DNA of 64,000 nt from Patescibacteria group bacterium (lineage in GTDB: Bacteria; Patescibacteriota; JABMPQ01; JAQVVF01): the NCBI GenBank assembly GCA_041662665.1, contig JBAZSC010000003.1, positions 4,603 to 68,602 of the forward strand, read 5' to 3'. Shown here piece after piece: positions 31,248 to 41,611 of the stretch (positions are counted from its first letter, which is position 1; each line of letters starts with the position of its first letter). A program made the position numbers and the translations under genes. The notes under the pieces are model-generated. The model saw nothing but the letters and a program-made list of their open reading frames with translations, searched no databases and was not told the origin of the DNA.

Positions 31248-31918
31248 TGAGCAGTAAAGAAGGATTGATTGAAGCAGCAAGATTTTCTTGGAATTGTCAG
31301 CCAGATAATAAAATGCTTTGTGATGGATTATATGGTTTTGTTCGTGGTAATGGCGGACATGATGTTGAATGGATTGAAAGGCAATTAAAGAATCTATATT
31401 CATATTTTTATTATCTTTTGATTGCAAGGCAGAATGGTATTTCTGATCCTTTTGATTTGAATGTTGTGCAGGCGCATTGGATTGGCAATGATTTGTTGAG
31501 AATTGTTAAACCTGAAGATGTAAAAAAATTACAGGCTACAGGAGAACTTAAGGCTTTGCCAAAAGAAAAAGAAATGATGATTTTATGGTTGCTGAATAAT
31601 CTAGTAAAATCAGGATCTTGTCCTCATCATAGTTTTCATGCAACTGTAAATGAAAAATTGAATCCAGATTTAATTCGTCAAGGAAAAAGATGTTTTGTTG
31701 AATGTGGCAAGGTAATAGAATTAGAAGATAATTATTTTATTGTTGATATTGATGGAAATACAAGAAAGTGTGGTTATGGTTTTTTGAAAGGTAAGATTCA
31801 AGTTGGCAATTTGGTTTTAATCCATTTGAATGAAGGTCGAAGGATTGCAGATTTGTATGAAAAAATGAGATTGGACGATTGGTCTGCTATCACAATGAGT
31901 TCTTTAAAATTGATTTAA
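31244..31918 (+). CDS. Conserved hydrogenase-locus protein (DUF6390-like)
   Basis: LIA..NGI.DPFD..VV.A.WIGN.LL, PHHSFH, OB-fold-like C-terminus. Confidence 0.7.
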   Translation: MMSSKEGLIEAARFSWNCQPDNKMLCDGLYGFVRGNGGHDVEWIERQLKNLYSYFYYLLIARQNGISDPFDLNVVQAHWIGNDLLRIVKPEDVKKLQATGELKALPKEKEMMILWLLNNLVKSGSCPHHSFHATVNEKLNPDLIRQGKRCFVECGKVIELEDNYFIVDIDGNTRKCGYGFLKGKIQVGNLVLIHLNEGRRIADLYEKMRLDDWSAITMSSLKLI

Positions 31919-31999
31919 TTCAGATTTCTGATCTTTAATCTTTCGATTAGAGATTTTTTACCTGCATTAAATATTTTGCGAAAATATTTTTAAATAAAA

Positions 32000-32794
32000 A
32001 TGGAACAACAAAAATTAAAAGTAGCGATGGTTTCTTTAACTTCCTGTGAAGGATGCTATTTTAGTTTGCTTGATTTGGGAAATGAATTTTTGGAAATCGC
32101 AGATAAAATTGATTTAGTTAAATTTAGATTACTTAAGGAAGACCCGCCTTCGCTCCTAGCGAATTCGGAGCTTCGGCGGGCAAAGGAAAAATATGATATA
32201 ACTTTTGTTGAAGGAAGTCCGATTTCAGAAGATAATTTTGATAAATTAATTGATTTAAGATTAAGGACGAAAAAAATGATAGTTTTGGGAGGATGTGCTC
32301 ATACTGGTGGAACGTATGCAATGCGAAATCATACAGACAAGAAAAAAGCCTGCAAATATGTTTATCCAAAAACGAATAAAAAAATTTTTAATCCTAATAT
32401 TTTAGAATTATCAAAAGTTGTACATATCGATGGGATTATTCCAACTTGTCCAGTTAATCCAAGAGAATTCGTAAGATTTATGTCTTTTGTTTTGAATAGT
32501 TTGACTTTTAAAATTACTGAGAGGCCAGTTTGTTATGAATGTCAGTTAGCGCAAACTTCTTGTTTATTAAAAATGGGATTGCCATGTTTTGGACCAATGG
32601 CTTTGGGTGGTTGCGATGCTCCTTGTCCTAGAGCAGGTATGCCATGCCAATTATGTCGTGGGCCAATGAAAGAAATACAATGGGATAATTTTGAAAAGAA
32701 AATGAAAGATATTATGGGAGCAAAAGTTTGGGAAAAAGATTATAATGAAATATTGGAAATTTTTAATGTTAAAGACAAGATAAGTGTTGAATAA
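32000..32794 (+). CDS. Group 3b-like hydrogenase delta (small) subunit
   Basis: TSCEGC, VEGS, GGCA, PTCP, VCYEC, CFGP, CQLCRG. Confidence 0.9.
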   Translation: MEQQKLKVAMVSLTSCEGCYFSLLDLGNEFLEIADKIDLVKFRLLKEDPPSLLANSELRRAKEKYDITFVEGSPISEDNFDKLIDLRLRTKKMIVLGGCAHTGGTYAMRNHTDKKKACKYVYPKTNKKIFNPNILELSKVVHIDGIIPTCPVNPREFVRFMSFVLNSLTFKITERPVCYECQLAQTSCLLKMGLPCFGPMALGGCDAPCPRAGMPCQLCRGPMKEIQWDNFEKKMKDIMGAKVWEKDYNEILEIFNVKDKISVE

Positions 32795-32928
32795 GTTAGA
32801 CTAGTTAGATTAGTTAGATTTGTTTCGGAAATTATGATATTCGGAAATTAACTACCCAACTTTTAGTTGGGGTTCGTCAAACTTTAGTTTGAAGTCGTAG
32901 ATATTGGATATTAAGATATTAGAAATTA
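32793..32928. repeat. Composite: GTTAGA array, 8-mer GAWATT array interrupted by a CTAC...GTAG REP-like doublet
   Basis: CTACCCAACTTTTAGTTGGG...CAAACTTTAGTTTG..GTAG at 32852-32900. Confidence 0.8.
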
Positions 32929-32939
32929 AATATTTTTTT

Positions 32940-33269
32940 ATGGAAATAAAACAAGAAATTAAAAAATCAGAGGCCGTTAAAATTTTTGCTGAAAAAAATG
33001 GTGAGATTGTTGGAAGAGCATATTTATATTTGATAAAAAATGATTTGCATACAGAGCCTTATGGATTATTGGAAGATGTTTTTGTTTCGGAAAATCAAAG
33101 AGGAAAAGGTACAGGTACAAAATTAGTTCAAGCTGTAATTGAAGAAGCGAAAAAAAGAAAGTGTTATAAATTAATTGCAACAAGTAGAAAATCAAGAGAA
33201 CAAGTGCATCAATGGTATTTAAAATTAGGTTTTGAAGATTATGGATGTGAATTTAGAATAAATTTTTAA
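32940..33269 (+). CDS. GNAT family acetyltransferase
   Basis: LEDVFV...RGKGTG..L, WYLKLGF. Confidence 0.88.
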   Translation: MEIKQEIKKSEAVKIFAEKNGEIVGRAYLYLIKNDLHTEPYGLLEDVFVSENQRGKGTGTKLVQAVIEEAKKRKCYKLIATSRKSREQVHQWYLKLGFEDYGCEFRINF

Positions 33270-33277
33270 TTTGTACT

Positions 33278-33377
33278 ATTTTTGCCAAAAATTATTTTTC
33301 TTCAGTCTGCGGAACTCGCCTCGTTTCACTCGGCTCAGACAATCCTCGACTTCAGAAAAAAAATTTTTGGCAAAATA
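33278..33377. repeat. Long hairpin with GC-rich core
   Basis: TTTTGCCAAAAATT..TTTTCT / AGAAAA..AATTTTTGGCAAAA flanking GAACTCGCC...GGCTCAGACA. Confidence 0.7.
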
Positions 33378-33392
33378 AATTTTTAATTTATT

Positions 33393-34700
33393 ATGTCAAA
33401 GAAAATAATAAAAATAAATCATCTAGCAAAAATGGAAGGGCATGCATCTTTTGAAGGTAGGATTTTGGCTGGAGAAATTTCAGAAGCGCATATTATTACA
33501 GAAGAAGGTGCAAGATTGATTGAAGGAACTTTAATTGGCAGACATTATTCTGAAGCGCCGACAATTACTTCTAGAATTTGCGGAATTTGTCCAATTGTTC
33601 ATCATCTAACTGCAGTTAAAGCTTTAGAGGAATGTTTTGAAGTTAAAGTTAGTTCTGAAGTTGTAATGTTACGCAAAATTTTGGAATTGGCGCAAATTAT
33701 TCATAGTCATGCTTTACATCTTTTCTTTTTGTCATTGCCGGACTTTTTGAATTATGATGATACAAAAAAAATGGCAGGCAGATATCCAAATGAAGCACAG
33801 ATGGCAATTGATATTCGAAAATGGGCAACTGATTTATGTTTGGCGATTGGAGGCAGAATTACTCATCCATTAACAAATATGGTTGGCGGATTTAGAAGAT
33901 GGCCAGAAGAAGAAAAATTAGAAAATTTCTTGGATGGATCTGGTGATATTTTAGAAATGGCATTGAAAATTGCTCAATTATTTAGAGATTTGGATTATCC
34001 AAAATTTGATAACTTGGGAAATTTTATTGCATTATCAAATGATAATGAATATGCAATATATGATGGTGAAGTTAAAGTTTGGGAAACAAAGAAAAATTTA
34101 GCTAAAAAAATATTTGGTAAAGAAATGAAAAATTACGAGGCTGTAAAATTTATAAAATTAATAAAAGAAGTTGAATTGCAAAACGAGATGGTTAAGCGAG
34201 TTAAATTTAAAAGAAAGCCATTTTTCTGCGGAGCATTAGCCCGAATAAATATTAATAAATATTTATTGAATGAAGAGGCATCAAAATTTTTGGAAACAAC
34301 AAATATTGATTTTCCTTCTAGCAACACTTTCTATAATGTTTTAGCACAGGCTGTTGAATTAATTCATTGTATTGAAGAAATTAGAAATTTATTACGAGAG
34401 CTAAAGAAAATAAATTGGTTGAATGCAAAAAATGCAAGTTTTAAAATAAAAGCAGGAAAAGGTGTTGGAGCAATTGAAGCTCCAAGAGGCACTTTGTATC
34501 ATTATTATGAAACTGATAAAGATGGATATATTAAAAATTGCAATATAATTACACCAACTGCTCAATTTTTAGCAAAGTTAGAAGATGATTTGGGTGTATT
34601 TCTTGGAGATATTAAAAATTTAACAGATCTGGAAAGAAGAAATAAAATAAAAATGATGATTAGAGCGTTTGATCCATGTATTTCTTGTGCGACACATTAA
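33393..34700 (+). CDS. NiFe hydrogenase large (alpha) subunit, group 3b-like
   Basis: MEGH, RICGICP (L1), EAPRGTLYH, FDPCISCATH (L2). Confidence 0.95.
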   Translation: MSKKIIKINHLAKMEGHASFEGRILAGEISEAHIITEEGARLIEGTLIGRHYSEAPTITSRICGICPIVHHLTAVKALEECFEVKVSSEVVMLRKILELAQIIHSHALHLFFLSLPDFLNYDDTKKMAGRYPNEAQMAIDIRKWATDLCLAIGGRITHPLTNMVGGFRRWPEEEKLENFLDGSGDILEMALKIAQLFRDLDYPKFDNLGNFIALSNDNEYAIYDGEVKVWETKKNLAKKIFGKEMKNYEAVKFIKLIKEVELQNEMVKRVKFKRKPFFCGALARININKYLLNEEASKFLETTNIDFPSSNTFYNVLAQAVELIHCIEEIRNLLRELKKINWLNAKNASFKIKAGKGVGAIEAPRGTLYHYYETDKDGYIKNCNIITPTAQFLAKLEDDLGVFLGDIKNLTDLERRNKIKMMIRAFDPCISCATH

Positions 34701-34714
34701 TTAAATTAAAAAAT

Positions 34715-35047
34715 ATGAATAAAAATAAAAAAAATATTAGTACAGAAGGAAAAGAAATTTTAAGATTGCGTGATCTTTATAACTATTTACAAAAGCATCC
34801 AACTGACAAAGAAAATTTTTATAGCAGGATTCAGAATATGAAAAAAAAGTTAGACATTTTGGAGAAAAAGTTGAATGTTAAAGGTAAGATAATTATTTCA
34901 AAAAAAGAAAATAAGTCTTTAGAAGCAGCAATCAAAGCAGTTAAAAATAAAGGATTTGTTGATAATAAAAAAGAATTTGCTAAATTTTTGTATAATTGGC
35001 AATTATTTTTAGAGATGGAAAATAGAGTGAATAGTTTGGATAAGTAA
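34715..35047 (+). CDS. Hypothetical basic protein
   Basis: ORF in operon; partial similarity to the next ORF. Confidence 0.55.
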   Translation: MNKNKKNISTEGKEILRLRDLYNYLQKHPTDKENFYSRIQNMKKKLDILEKKLNVKGKIIISKKENKSLEAAIKAVKNKGFVDNKKEFAKFLYNWQLFLEMENRVNSLDK

Positions 35048-35068
35048 AATATTTTGATTTTAAATAAT

Positions 35069-35530
35069 ATGAAAAAAGTTAGGGTAAAAAATAAGAAAAA
35101 TATTGGAATTGAAAAATTAGCTAAAGAAATGAGAGCTGGTTTTAAAGAAATGCATAAAGAGATGAATGCTAGTTTTAAGGAAATGCATGCTGGTTTTAAA
35201 GAAATGCATGCTAATTTTAAAGAGGTAGATAAAAGATTCTATGAGCTTTATGATTTTTTGCAAAAGCACATGGTGACTAAGGAAGAGCTTAATAATATTT
35301 TGAGTAATTATGCAACGAAGAAAGATTTACAGGAAGTTAAAAATGAGTTGATGAATACAATGGATAAAATTGTTGGTGATTATAATACTGATAAACAAGA
35401 GCATGTAACTTTTATTTTGCATTTAGACCGATTGGCAGAAATGGAAATTAAAATTGGCAAAATGGATAAAGAGATTAAAACAATTAAAAATATAATTTTT
35501 AAAGATGCACGATTTTCATGCAGCAGATAA
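35069..35530 (+). CDS. Hypothetical coiled-coil protein with heptad repeats
   Basis: AGFKEMH/ASFKEMH/AGFKEMH/ANFKEVD; ATKKDL. Confidence 0.65.
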   Translation: MKKVRVKNKKNIGIEKLAKEMRAGFKEMHKEMNASFKEMHAGFKEMHANFKEVDKRFYELYDFLQKHMVTKEELNNILSNYATKKDLQEVKNELMNTMDKIVGDYNTDKQEHVTFILHLDRLAEMEIKIGKMDKEIKTIKNIIFKDARFSCSR

Positions 35531-35762
35531 TATTTTAAAAACTGCTATAGAATATGCCAAAGAAAATAAGTTAAAAAAAGTTGATAAAATTAAGATTGAA
35601 TTAGGAAAATTTATTGAACATGGGCAAGAAATTTTGGCTGATAATTTAGAATTTAATATAAAAATGTTAGCAAAAGGGACGATTGCAGAAAATTGTGAAA
35701 TTGTTATTATAGAAAAACGAGGAGAAAATGGATATAGATTAGATGAAATTGAAGGAGAATAA
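35505..35762 (+). CDS. hypA: HypA-like nickel metallochaperone, short
   Basis: MHD start, I.IELG, L.F....KGTIAE; lacks CxxC pairs. Confidence 0.75.
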   Translation: MHDFHAADNILKTAIEYAKENKLKKVDKIKIELGKFIEHGQEILADNLEFNIKMLAKGTIAENCEIVIIEKRGENGYRLDEIEGE

Positions 35763-35807
35763 AATATTCGGATATTATGATATTACGGATATTAGATATT
35801 TAATTTT

Positions 35808-37025
35808 ATGAACAAAAAAACGATCAAAGATATTGATGTTAAAAATAAAATTGTTTTAGTGAGGGATGATTTTAATGTGCCAATTAAGGATAGAAAAATT
35901 TTGGATGATTTTAAGATTAGAAAAAGTCTTGATACGATTAATTATTTGATTAAACAAAATGCAAAAATTGTTTTAATGTCACATTTAGGAAAACCGAAAG
36001 GAAAGATAGTTGAGAATTTACGATTAAAACCGGTTGCTGAATGTCTAGCTGCAATGATGAATAAGAGAATTGTAACCACAAAAACACAAAAAACTGGTGA
36101 AGACTCAAAAAATGGTGTGATTTATTATTGTGATGATTGCATAGGCAATATTGTAAAGAAAACTATTAATGATGCAGATTTTGGCGATATTATTTTGTTG
36201 GAGAATGTTAGATTTTATCCAGAAGAAGAAAAAAATGATGTAGAATTTGCTAAAAAACTGGCGAGTTTAGGTGAGATATTTTGCGAAGATGGATTCGGAT
36301 CAGTACATCGGGGCCACGCCTCTGTTTCAGGAATTGCTAAATTTTTACCCGCTGTTGCTGGATTATTGCTGGAAAGAGAAGTCGATGTTTTGACAGAAGT
36401 TTTAGAAAAACCAGAACATCCATATCTAGTTATTTTAGGCGGAGCAAAAATTTCAACAAAATTAAATTTGATAAATAAATTAGCTAAACAAGCAGACAAG
36501 CTGTTGGTTGCTGGTGCTTTATCAAATACTATTTTTATGGCGAATGGCTTAAATGTTGGCGGTTCTCTTGTTGAAAAAGAAATGATTGATCAGATTAAAA
36601 CAACTGTTTTGAAAAATAATAATATTGATATACCAATTGATGTTGTAGTTGGAAAAGAAAATGGTGATAATGCGAGAATTGTTGATGTTGGAAATGGTAT
36701 AAGTAATGATGAATTTATTTATGATATTGGTCCAAAGACTATTGAATTGTTTAAAAGAAAAATTGATAAATCTAGTTTGGTTGTTTGGAATGGACCAATG
36801 GGAAAATTTGAAAATGAAAGATACGCAAAAGGAACATTTGAATTAGCAAAAGAATTAGTGAAGGTTAAAAAAGCTGTTGTTGGTGGAGGCGAGACTTCAA
36901 TGGCAATCAGAGAGTTAGGATTAGAAGATAAAATTTATCATTTATCAACTGGAGGTGGTGCTATGTTGGAATTTTTGGAAGGAAAAGAGATGCCAGGAAT
37001 AGAATGCTTGCAAGTTAAAAGTTAA
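35808..37025 (+). CDS. pgk: Phosphoglycerate kinase
   Basis: RDDFNVP, SHLG, LLENVRF, GGAK, WNGPMG, STGGGA. Confidence 0.98.
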   Translation: MNKKTIKDIDVKNKIVLVRDDFNVPIKDRKILDDFKIRKSLDTINYLIKQNAKIVLMSHLGKPKGKIVENLRLKPVAECLAAMMNKRIVTTKTQKTGEDSKNGVIYYCDDCIGNIVKKTINDADFGDIILLENVRFYPEEEKNDVEFAKKLASLGEIFCEDGFGSVHRGHASVSGIAKFLPAVAGLLLEREVDVLTEVLEKPEHPYLVILGGAKISTKLNLINKLAKQADKLLVAGALSNTIFMANGLNVGGSLVEKEMIDQIKTTVLKNNNIDIPIDVVVGKENGDNARIVDVGNGISNDEFIYDIGPKTIELFKRKIDKSSLVVWNGPMGKFENERYAKGTFELAKELVKVKKAVVGGGETSMAIRELGLEDKIYHLSTGGGAMLEFLEGKEMPGIECLQVKS

Positions 37026-37058
37026 TAAAGTTTTTAAAGTATAAAGTAATAAATTTAT

Positions 37059-38300
37059 ATGAAGATAAACAAAATTAGAGCAAGAGAAATCCTTGATTCA
37101 AGAGGAGAGCCAACTGTAGAAGTGAAGGTCGATCTTGATGATGGAAAATTTGGAATAGCAAAAGTTCCTTCTGGTGCTTCAACAGGCGAGCATGAGGCTT
37201 TGGAATTAAGGGATAATGACAAAAAAAGATATGGAGGCAAAGGAGTAATGAGGGCATGTAAAAATGTTAATGATATTATTTCGGAAAGATTAGTTGGAAT
37301 GGATGTTTTTAAGCAAGAAAAAATCGATCGAACTTTGATAGCATTGGATGGAACTCCAAATAAATCAAAGTTAGGAGCAAACGCAATTCTTGGAGTGTCG
37401 TTGGCTTGTTGTGTTGCAGCAGCTAATTCTAAAGAAATAGAATTATATCAATATATTGGTGAAATTTTTGGGAATAATAATTTTGTTTTACCACAAGCAT
37501 ATTTTAATATCATTAATGGTGGAAAGCATGCTGATTCTGGATTGGATGTCCAAGAATTCATGATTGTGCCAAAAGCAATTAATTTTTTTGAAAAAGTAAG
37601 AGTTGGATCTGAAGTTTTTCATGCTTTGAAAGATATTTTGCAAAGAAGAGAATATTCAGTTGGTGTTGGAGATGAAGGTGGCTTTGCACCAAAATTAGAT
37701 AGCAATGAAGATGCGATTGAAACAATTTTGAGAGCAATTGAAGAAGCAGGATATAAACCAGGTGCTGATGTTAATATTGCATTGGATGTTGCTGCATCTT
37801 CTTTTTATAATAAAGAAAAAGGATATTGTTTGAATTCTGGTAAATGCATTGAGTCAGATCATTTAATAGCAATGTTTTCGGATTGGATTAGCAAATATCC
37901 AATAAAAATGATTGAAGATTTATTGGCTGAAGATGATTGGGAAGGTTGGAAGAAAGCTACAGAAAAATTAGGCGATAAAGTTCAAATTGTCGGCGATGAT
38001 TTATTTGTAACGAATATAGAAAGAGTGAAAAAAGGAATAAAAGAAAATTGCGCAAATTCTGTTTTGATAAAGCTAAATCAAATTGGAACTTTGACAGAAA
38101 CTTTTGAATGCATAAAATTAGCAAAATCAAAAGGATATGCAACAATGATTTCACATCGATCTGGTGAAACAATTGATACTTTTATTGCTGATCTTTGTGT
38201 TGGTACAAATTCCGCACAAATTAAATCTGGATCATTATCTCGTGGTGAAAGAGTATGCAAATATAATAGGTTGATGGAGATAGAGGAATTGTTGAAATAA
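37059..38300 (+). CDS. eno: Enolase
   Basis: [36 protein letters not shown]. Confidence 0.99.
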   Translation: MKINKIRAREILDSRGEPTVEVKVDLDDGKFGIAKVPSGASTGEHEALELRDNDKKRYGGKGVMRACKNVNDIISERLVGMDVFKQEKIDRTLIALDGTPNKSKLGANAILGVSLACCVAAANSKEIELYQYIGEIFGNNNFVLPQAYFNIINGGKHADSGLDVQEFMIVPKAINFFEKVRVGSEVFHALKDILQRREYSVGVGDEGGFAPKLDSNEDAIETILRAIEEAGYKPGADVNIALDVAASSFYNKEKGYCLNSGKCIESDHLIAMFSDWISKYPIKMIEDLLAEDDWEGWKKATEKLGDKVQIVGDDLFVTNIERVKKGIKENCANSVLIKLNQIGTLTETFECIKLAKSKGYATMISHRSGETIDTFIADLCVGTNSAQIKSGSLSRGERVCKYNRLMEIEELLK

Positions 38301-38302
38301 TT

Positions 38303-38424
38303 AAAAATTACAAATCTCAAATTCCAAACAAAATCCAAATTACAAATTACAAAGTCGACGGTTTGTTTTTTGTGTTTTGTATATTGTAATTTGTTTGGGA
38401 TTTGGAATTTGTGATTTGGGATTT
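38303..38424. repeat. Heptamer (CAAATTM) inverted-repeat element
   Basis: Same architecture as 27991; loop AGTCGACGG. Confidence 0.85.
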
Positions 38425-38436
38425 AATGCAAAAACT

Positions 38437-40017
38437 ATGAATTACAAACAAGCAGTATTAATTATCCTAGATGGCTTTGGTATTGCGCCTCCAGGAAAAG
38501 GAAATTGTGCGACATTGGCGAAAATGCCATATTATAATTCTTTATTACAGAATTATACTCATACAGTAATAAAAGCTTCTGGCGAGGAAGTTGGTTTGCC
38601 TTGGGGTGATGTTGGAAATTCTGAAGTTGGACATGGTAATTTGGGAGCTGGCAGGATTTCTTATCAAAGCTTGCCATTAATAAATACAGCAATTTTAAAT
38701 AAATCCTTTTTTAAAAACGAAGCTTTGATGGGAGCAATTCATCATGTCAAGAAAAATAAAAGTTCGTTGCATATTATGGGATTGATTAGTGCTGGCGGAG
38801 TTCATTCACATATTGAGCATTTATTTGCTTTATTAAAATTAGCTAAGCAAAATAGAATCAAAAAAGTCTATATTCATTGTTTTATGGATGGACGAGATAT
38901 GCCAAAAGATTCTGGTTTAGATGCCGTAAAAAAAATTCAAAAAGAAACAAGCGGATTTTTTTCAGTAGGAAAAATTGCGACATTATCTGGTAGATTTTTT
39001 GCAATGGATCGAGATAATAATTGGGATAGAATTGAAAAGTCTTACAATACTATGACTGGAAATTGGAGCGTCGGAACGTCGGAACCAAAATTTTTTGCTG
39101 ATCCAATTAATGCCGTAGAGGATTCTTATGCTAATAAAATTTATGATGAGCAAATGGAGCCAATTGTAATTGGGACAAAGGAAAAACCAGTAGCAAAAAT
39201 TTCAAAAGGAGATGCTGTGATATTTTTTAATTTTAGAGCTGATCGAGCAAGACAGATGACCGAAGCTTTTGTCAGTGATAATTTTAAAGGTTTTAAGCGA
39301 GAAAAAATTGAGGATTTATTTTTCGTTTGTTTTACTGAATACGAAAAAGGATTATGTAAGAACATTGCATTTATGCAAAAAGAAACTCCAAATGGCTTGT
39401 CAGAAACCATTAGCAAGAATAATTTAAAACAATTTCATACAGCTGAAACAGAAAAATTTGCTCATGTAACTTTTTTCTTTAACTCTGGACGTGAAAAACC
39501 TTTTGCAGGCGAGGTACATAAAGTTGTTCCTTCTCCAAAAGTAAAATCTTATGACGAAAAACCAGAAATGTCGGCAGAAGGTGTGACAGTTGAAGCTATA
39601 AAAGCAATAAAAGAAAAATATAATTTTGTTTTGATAAATTTTGCAAATCCAGATATGGTTGGACATACTGGCAATATTATGGCAACAATAAAAGGATTAG
39701 AGCTTGTTGATACTTGTTTGAAAAAAATTATTCCAGAAGTTTTAAATAATAATGGAGTTGTTGTTTTAACAGCTGATCATGGAAATTGCGAGGAAAAAAT
39801 AAATTTGCAAAATGGTAGAATAGAAAAAGAGCATACTGCAAATCCAGTACCTTTGGTTTTGATTGGAAAAGGATTGGAGCGAAAGTCAGATAATATTGAT
39901 TTGAGTATTGAATCTTCAACTGGAGCGTTGGCTGATGTGGCGCCGACAATACTTTCTTTGCTTGGTTTAAAAAAGCCGGAAGAGATGACGGGATTGGATT
40001 TGACGAAAGTGATTTAG
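38437..40017 (+). CDS. gpmI: 2,3-bisphosphoglycerate-independent phosphoglycerate mutase
   Basis: ILDGFG, GNSEVGH, AMDRD, PDMVGHTG, TADHGN. Confidence 0.97.
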   Translation: MNYKQAVLIILDGFGIAPPGKGNCATLAKMPYYNSLLQNYTHTVIKASGEEVGLPWGDVGNSEVGHGNLGAGRISYQSLPLINTAILNKSFFKNEALMGAIHHVKKNKSSLHIMGLISAGGVHSHIEHLFALLKLAKQNRIKKVYIHCFMDGRDMPKDSGLDAVKKIQKETSGFFSVGKIATLSGRFFAMDRDNNWDRIEKSYNTMTGNWSVGTSEPKFFADPINAVEDSYANKIYDEQMEPIVIGTKEKPVAKISKGDAVIFFNFRADRARQMTEAFVSDNFKGFKREKIEDLFFVCFTEYEKGLCKNIAFMQKETPNGLSETISKNNLKQFHTAETEKFAHVTFFFNSGREKPFAGEVHKVVPSPKVKSYDEKPEMSAEGVTVEAIKAIKEKYNFVLINFANPDMVGHTGNIMATIKGLELVDTCLKKIIPEVLNNNGVVVLTADHGNCEEKINLQNGRIEKEHTANPVPLVLIGKGLERKSDNIDLSIESSTGALADVAPTILSLLGLKKPEEMTGLDLTKVI

Positions 40018-40169
40018 ATATTCGGAAATTCGGATATTAAGAAATTAGAAATTGGAAATTATTATTTAATTTAGTTCAGATATAAATTTCGTGGTAGCCT
40101 AAAATTAAAAAGTATAAATTACTTTCGAAAATAGATTCGAAAACATTAGAAAATTAATTTGAGTATTAT

Positions 40170-40736
40170 ATGAAAATAAAAATAGAAGTAAGTGCAAGGC
40201 ATATTCATTTGAGCCAAGAACATTTGGATCAACTTTTTGGAAAGGATTATAAATTAACAAAAAAACAAGGATTATCGCAAGAAGGTGAATTTGCTTGTGA
40301 AGAAACTTTGAAAGTTGTTGGACCAAAATTAGAAATTGATCATGTTAGAATAATCGGGCCAGTTAGACCAAGAACACAAATCGAAGTTTCAAAAACTGAT
40401 GGTTTTATGTTAGGCAATATTCCTCCATTAAGAATTTCTGGAGATGTAGTTGGATCAGCGCCAGTGAAATTAGTTGGGCCTAAGGGTTTTGTTGATTTAT
40501 TAGAAGGAATGATTATTGCAATGAGACATATTCATATATCGGAAGAACAGGCAGAAGGTTTAAAATTGAAGGATGGTCAAAGAGTTTCTATTTCTTGTTT
40601 TGGTGATAGAGGTCTGTTATTTAATAATGTTGTTGTTAGAGTTAATCCGAAATTTGATTTTTATTTACAGCTTGATACTGATGAGGCAAATGCTGCTGGT
40701 GTGGAAAATGGAGATGTCGGGGAATTGATTATTTAA
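40170..40736 (+). CDS. pduL: PduL-type phosphate acyltransferase
   Basis: SARHIHL, TQIEVS.TD, RHIH, LDTDEANA. Confidence 0.92.
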   Translation: MKIKIEVSARHIHLSQEHLDQLFGKDYKLTKKQGLSQEGEFACEETLKVVGPKLEIDHVRIIGPVRPRTQIEVSKTDGFMLGNIPPLRISGDVVGSAPVKLVGPKGFVDLLEGMIIAMRHIHISEEQAEGLKLKDGQRVSISCFGDRGLLFNNVVVRVNPKFDFYLQLDTDEANAAGVENGDVGELII

Positions 40737-40739
40737 TTT

Positions 40740-40833
40740 CTACCCAGCTTTAGCTGGGGTATGTGCAACTTTAGTTGCAGTAGAAGTTTGATGAAAAAAT
40801 AAAGTTTTTCGAACCACAACTAAAGTTGGGTAG
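40740..40833. repeat. REP-like cluster (CAACTTTAGTTG family) in inverted arrangement
   Basis: CTACCCAGCTTTAGCTGGG ... CAACTAAAGTTGGGTAG; same family as 32852. Confidence 0.8.
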
Positions 40834-40850
40834 ATGCTTAATAAATTTTT

Positions 40851-41549
40851 ATGCACGAACAAATTGGCGAAATAAGTCAAAAAGATATTATGGAATCAGG
40901 TGTTGAAAAAACTCCAGGTTTAGAAATTGCAAAAACCGAAGAATCAGAAGAAGCTGTAAAATTGTTAGACGAAATTGCAGGAGATATTGAGAATGATCTA
41001 AATATAAAAGCTGAAAGAATGATAATGCTTAGAGAAGCTTTGGGAAAATTGCGATTTAATTTTGGAGCGGAAGGCGAGACAATGACAGCTGAAGAATTAA
41101 AAAAAGTTCCTGATATGAAAGAAAATGTTGAGATTTATGAAGCTATGAAACGAGATTTTCATCTTGGTCGGGCAACACGAATTGATGAAGTTACTTATCT
41201 TACTCCAGGAATGGCAGAAGAAATAATCTTTGTTTATGATCCTGATGAAACTATGTCATTAATGAGTTTAAAAGTAATGACTGATAAACTAGCTGAAGTT
41301 TTGGGTAATGCAGAAGAAGTTAACATAAGGTTACCAAAATTAAATATTTTAACTGGAAAACAGTTGCGAAGTCTTTTGGCAAAAACTAATACTGTTAGTT
41401 TGCGGGGTTTGGATACCGTGCAGGTTGATGGAGATTTAGCGATAACTATAGACCAATGTGCTGGAAGAATTGTTATGGATGACAAGCAAATTGATAGGTT
41501 AAAAGAACTTTTTCCGAAGTTCGAATTTCGTAGAATTATGGGGCATTAA
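40851..41549 (+). CDS. Hypothetical acidic protein, tandem paralog 1
   Basis: Co-linear with 41612-42310, both 232 aa. Confidence 0.75.
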   Translation: MHEQIGEISQKDIMESGVEKTPGLEIAKTEESEEAVKLLDEIAGDIENDLNIKAERMIMLREALGKLRFNFGAEGETMTAEELKKVPDMKENVEIYEAMKRDFHLGRATRIDEVTYLTPGMAEEIIFVYDPDETMSLMSLKVMTDKLAEVLGNAEEVNIRLPKLNILTGKQLRSLLAKTNTVSLRGLDTVQVDGDLAITIDQCAGRIVMDDKQIDRLKELFPKFEFRRIMGH

Positions 41550-41611
41550 TTAATAGACTGAAATTATATAACCTTTAGGTTAAAGCCAAGTAGAAATATT
41601 AAACATTTTTT

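Noticed and set aside
28093-38436. Upstream TTG/GTG starts given by the ORF track for fba, hydrogenase gamma, GNAT and gpmI
   Set aside because: The extensions are translations of intergenic repeat arms; downstream ATGs match family N-termini
39062-39087. GGAGCGTCGGAACGTCGGAACC in gpmI as another in-frame repeat insertion
   Set aside because: Suggestive 8-mer periodicity but short and without an intergenic twin here
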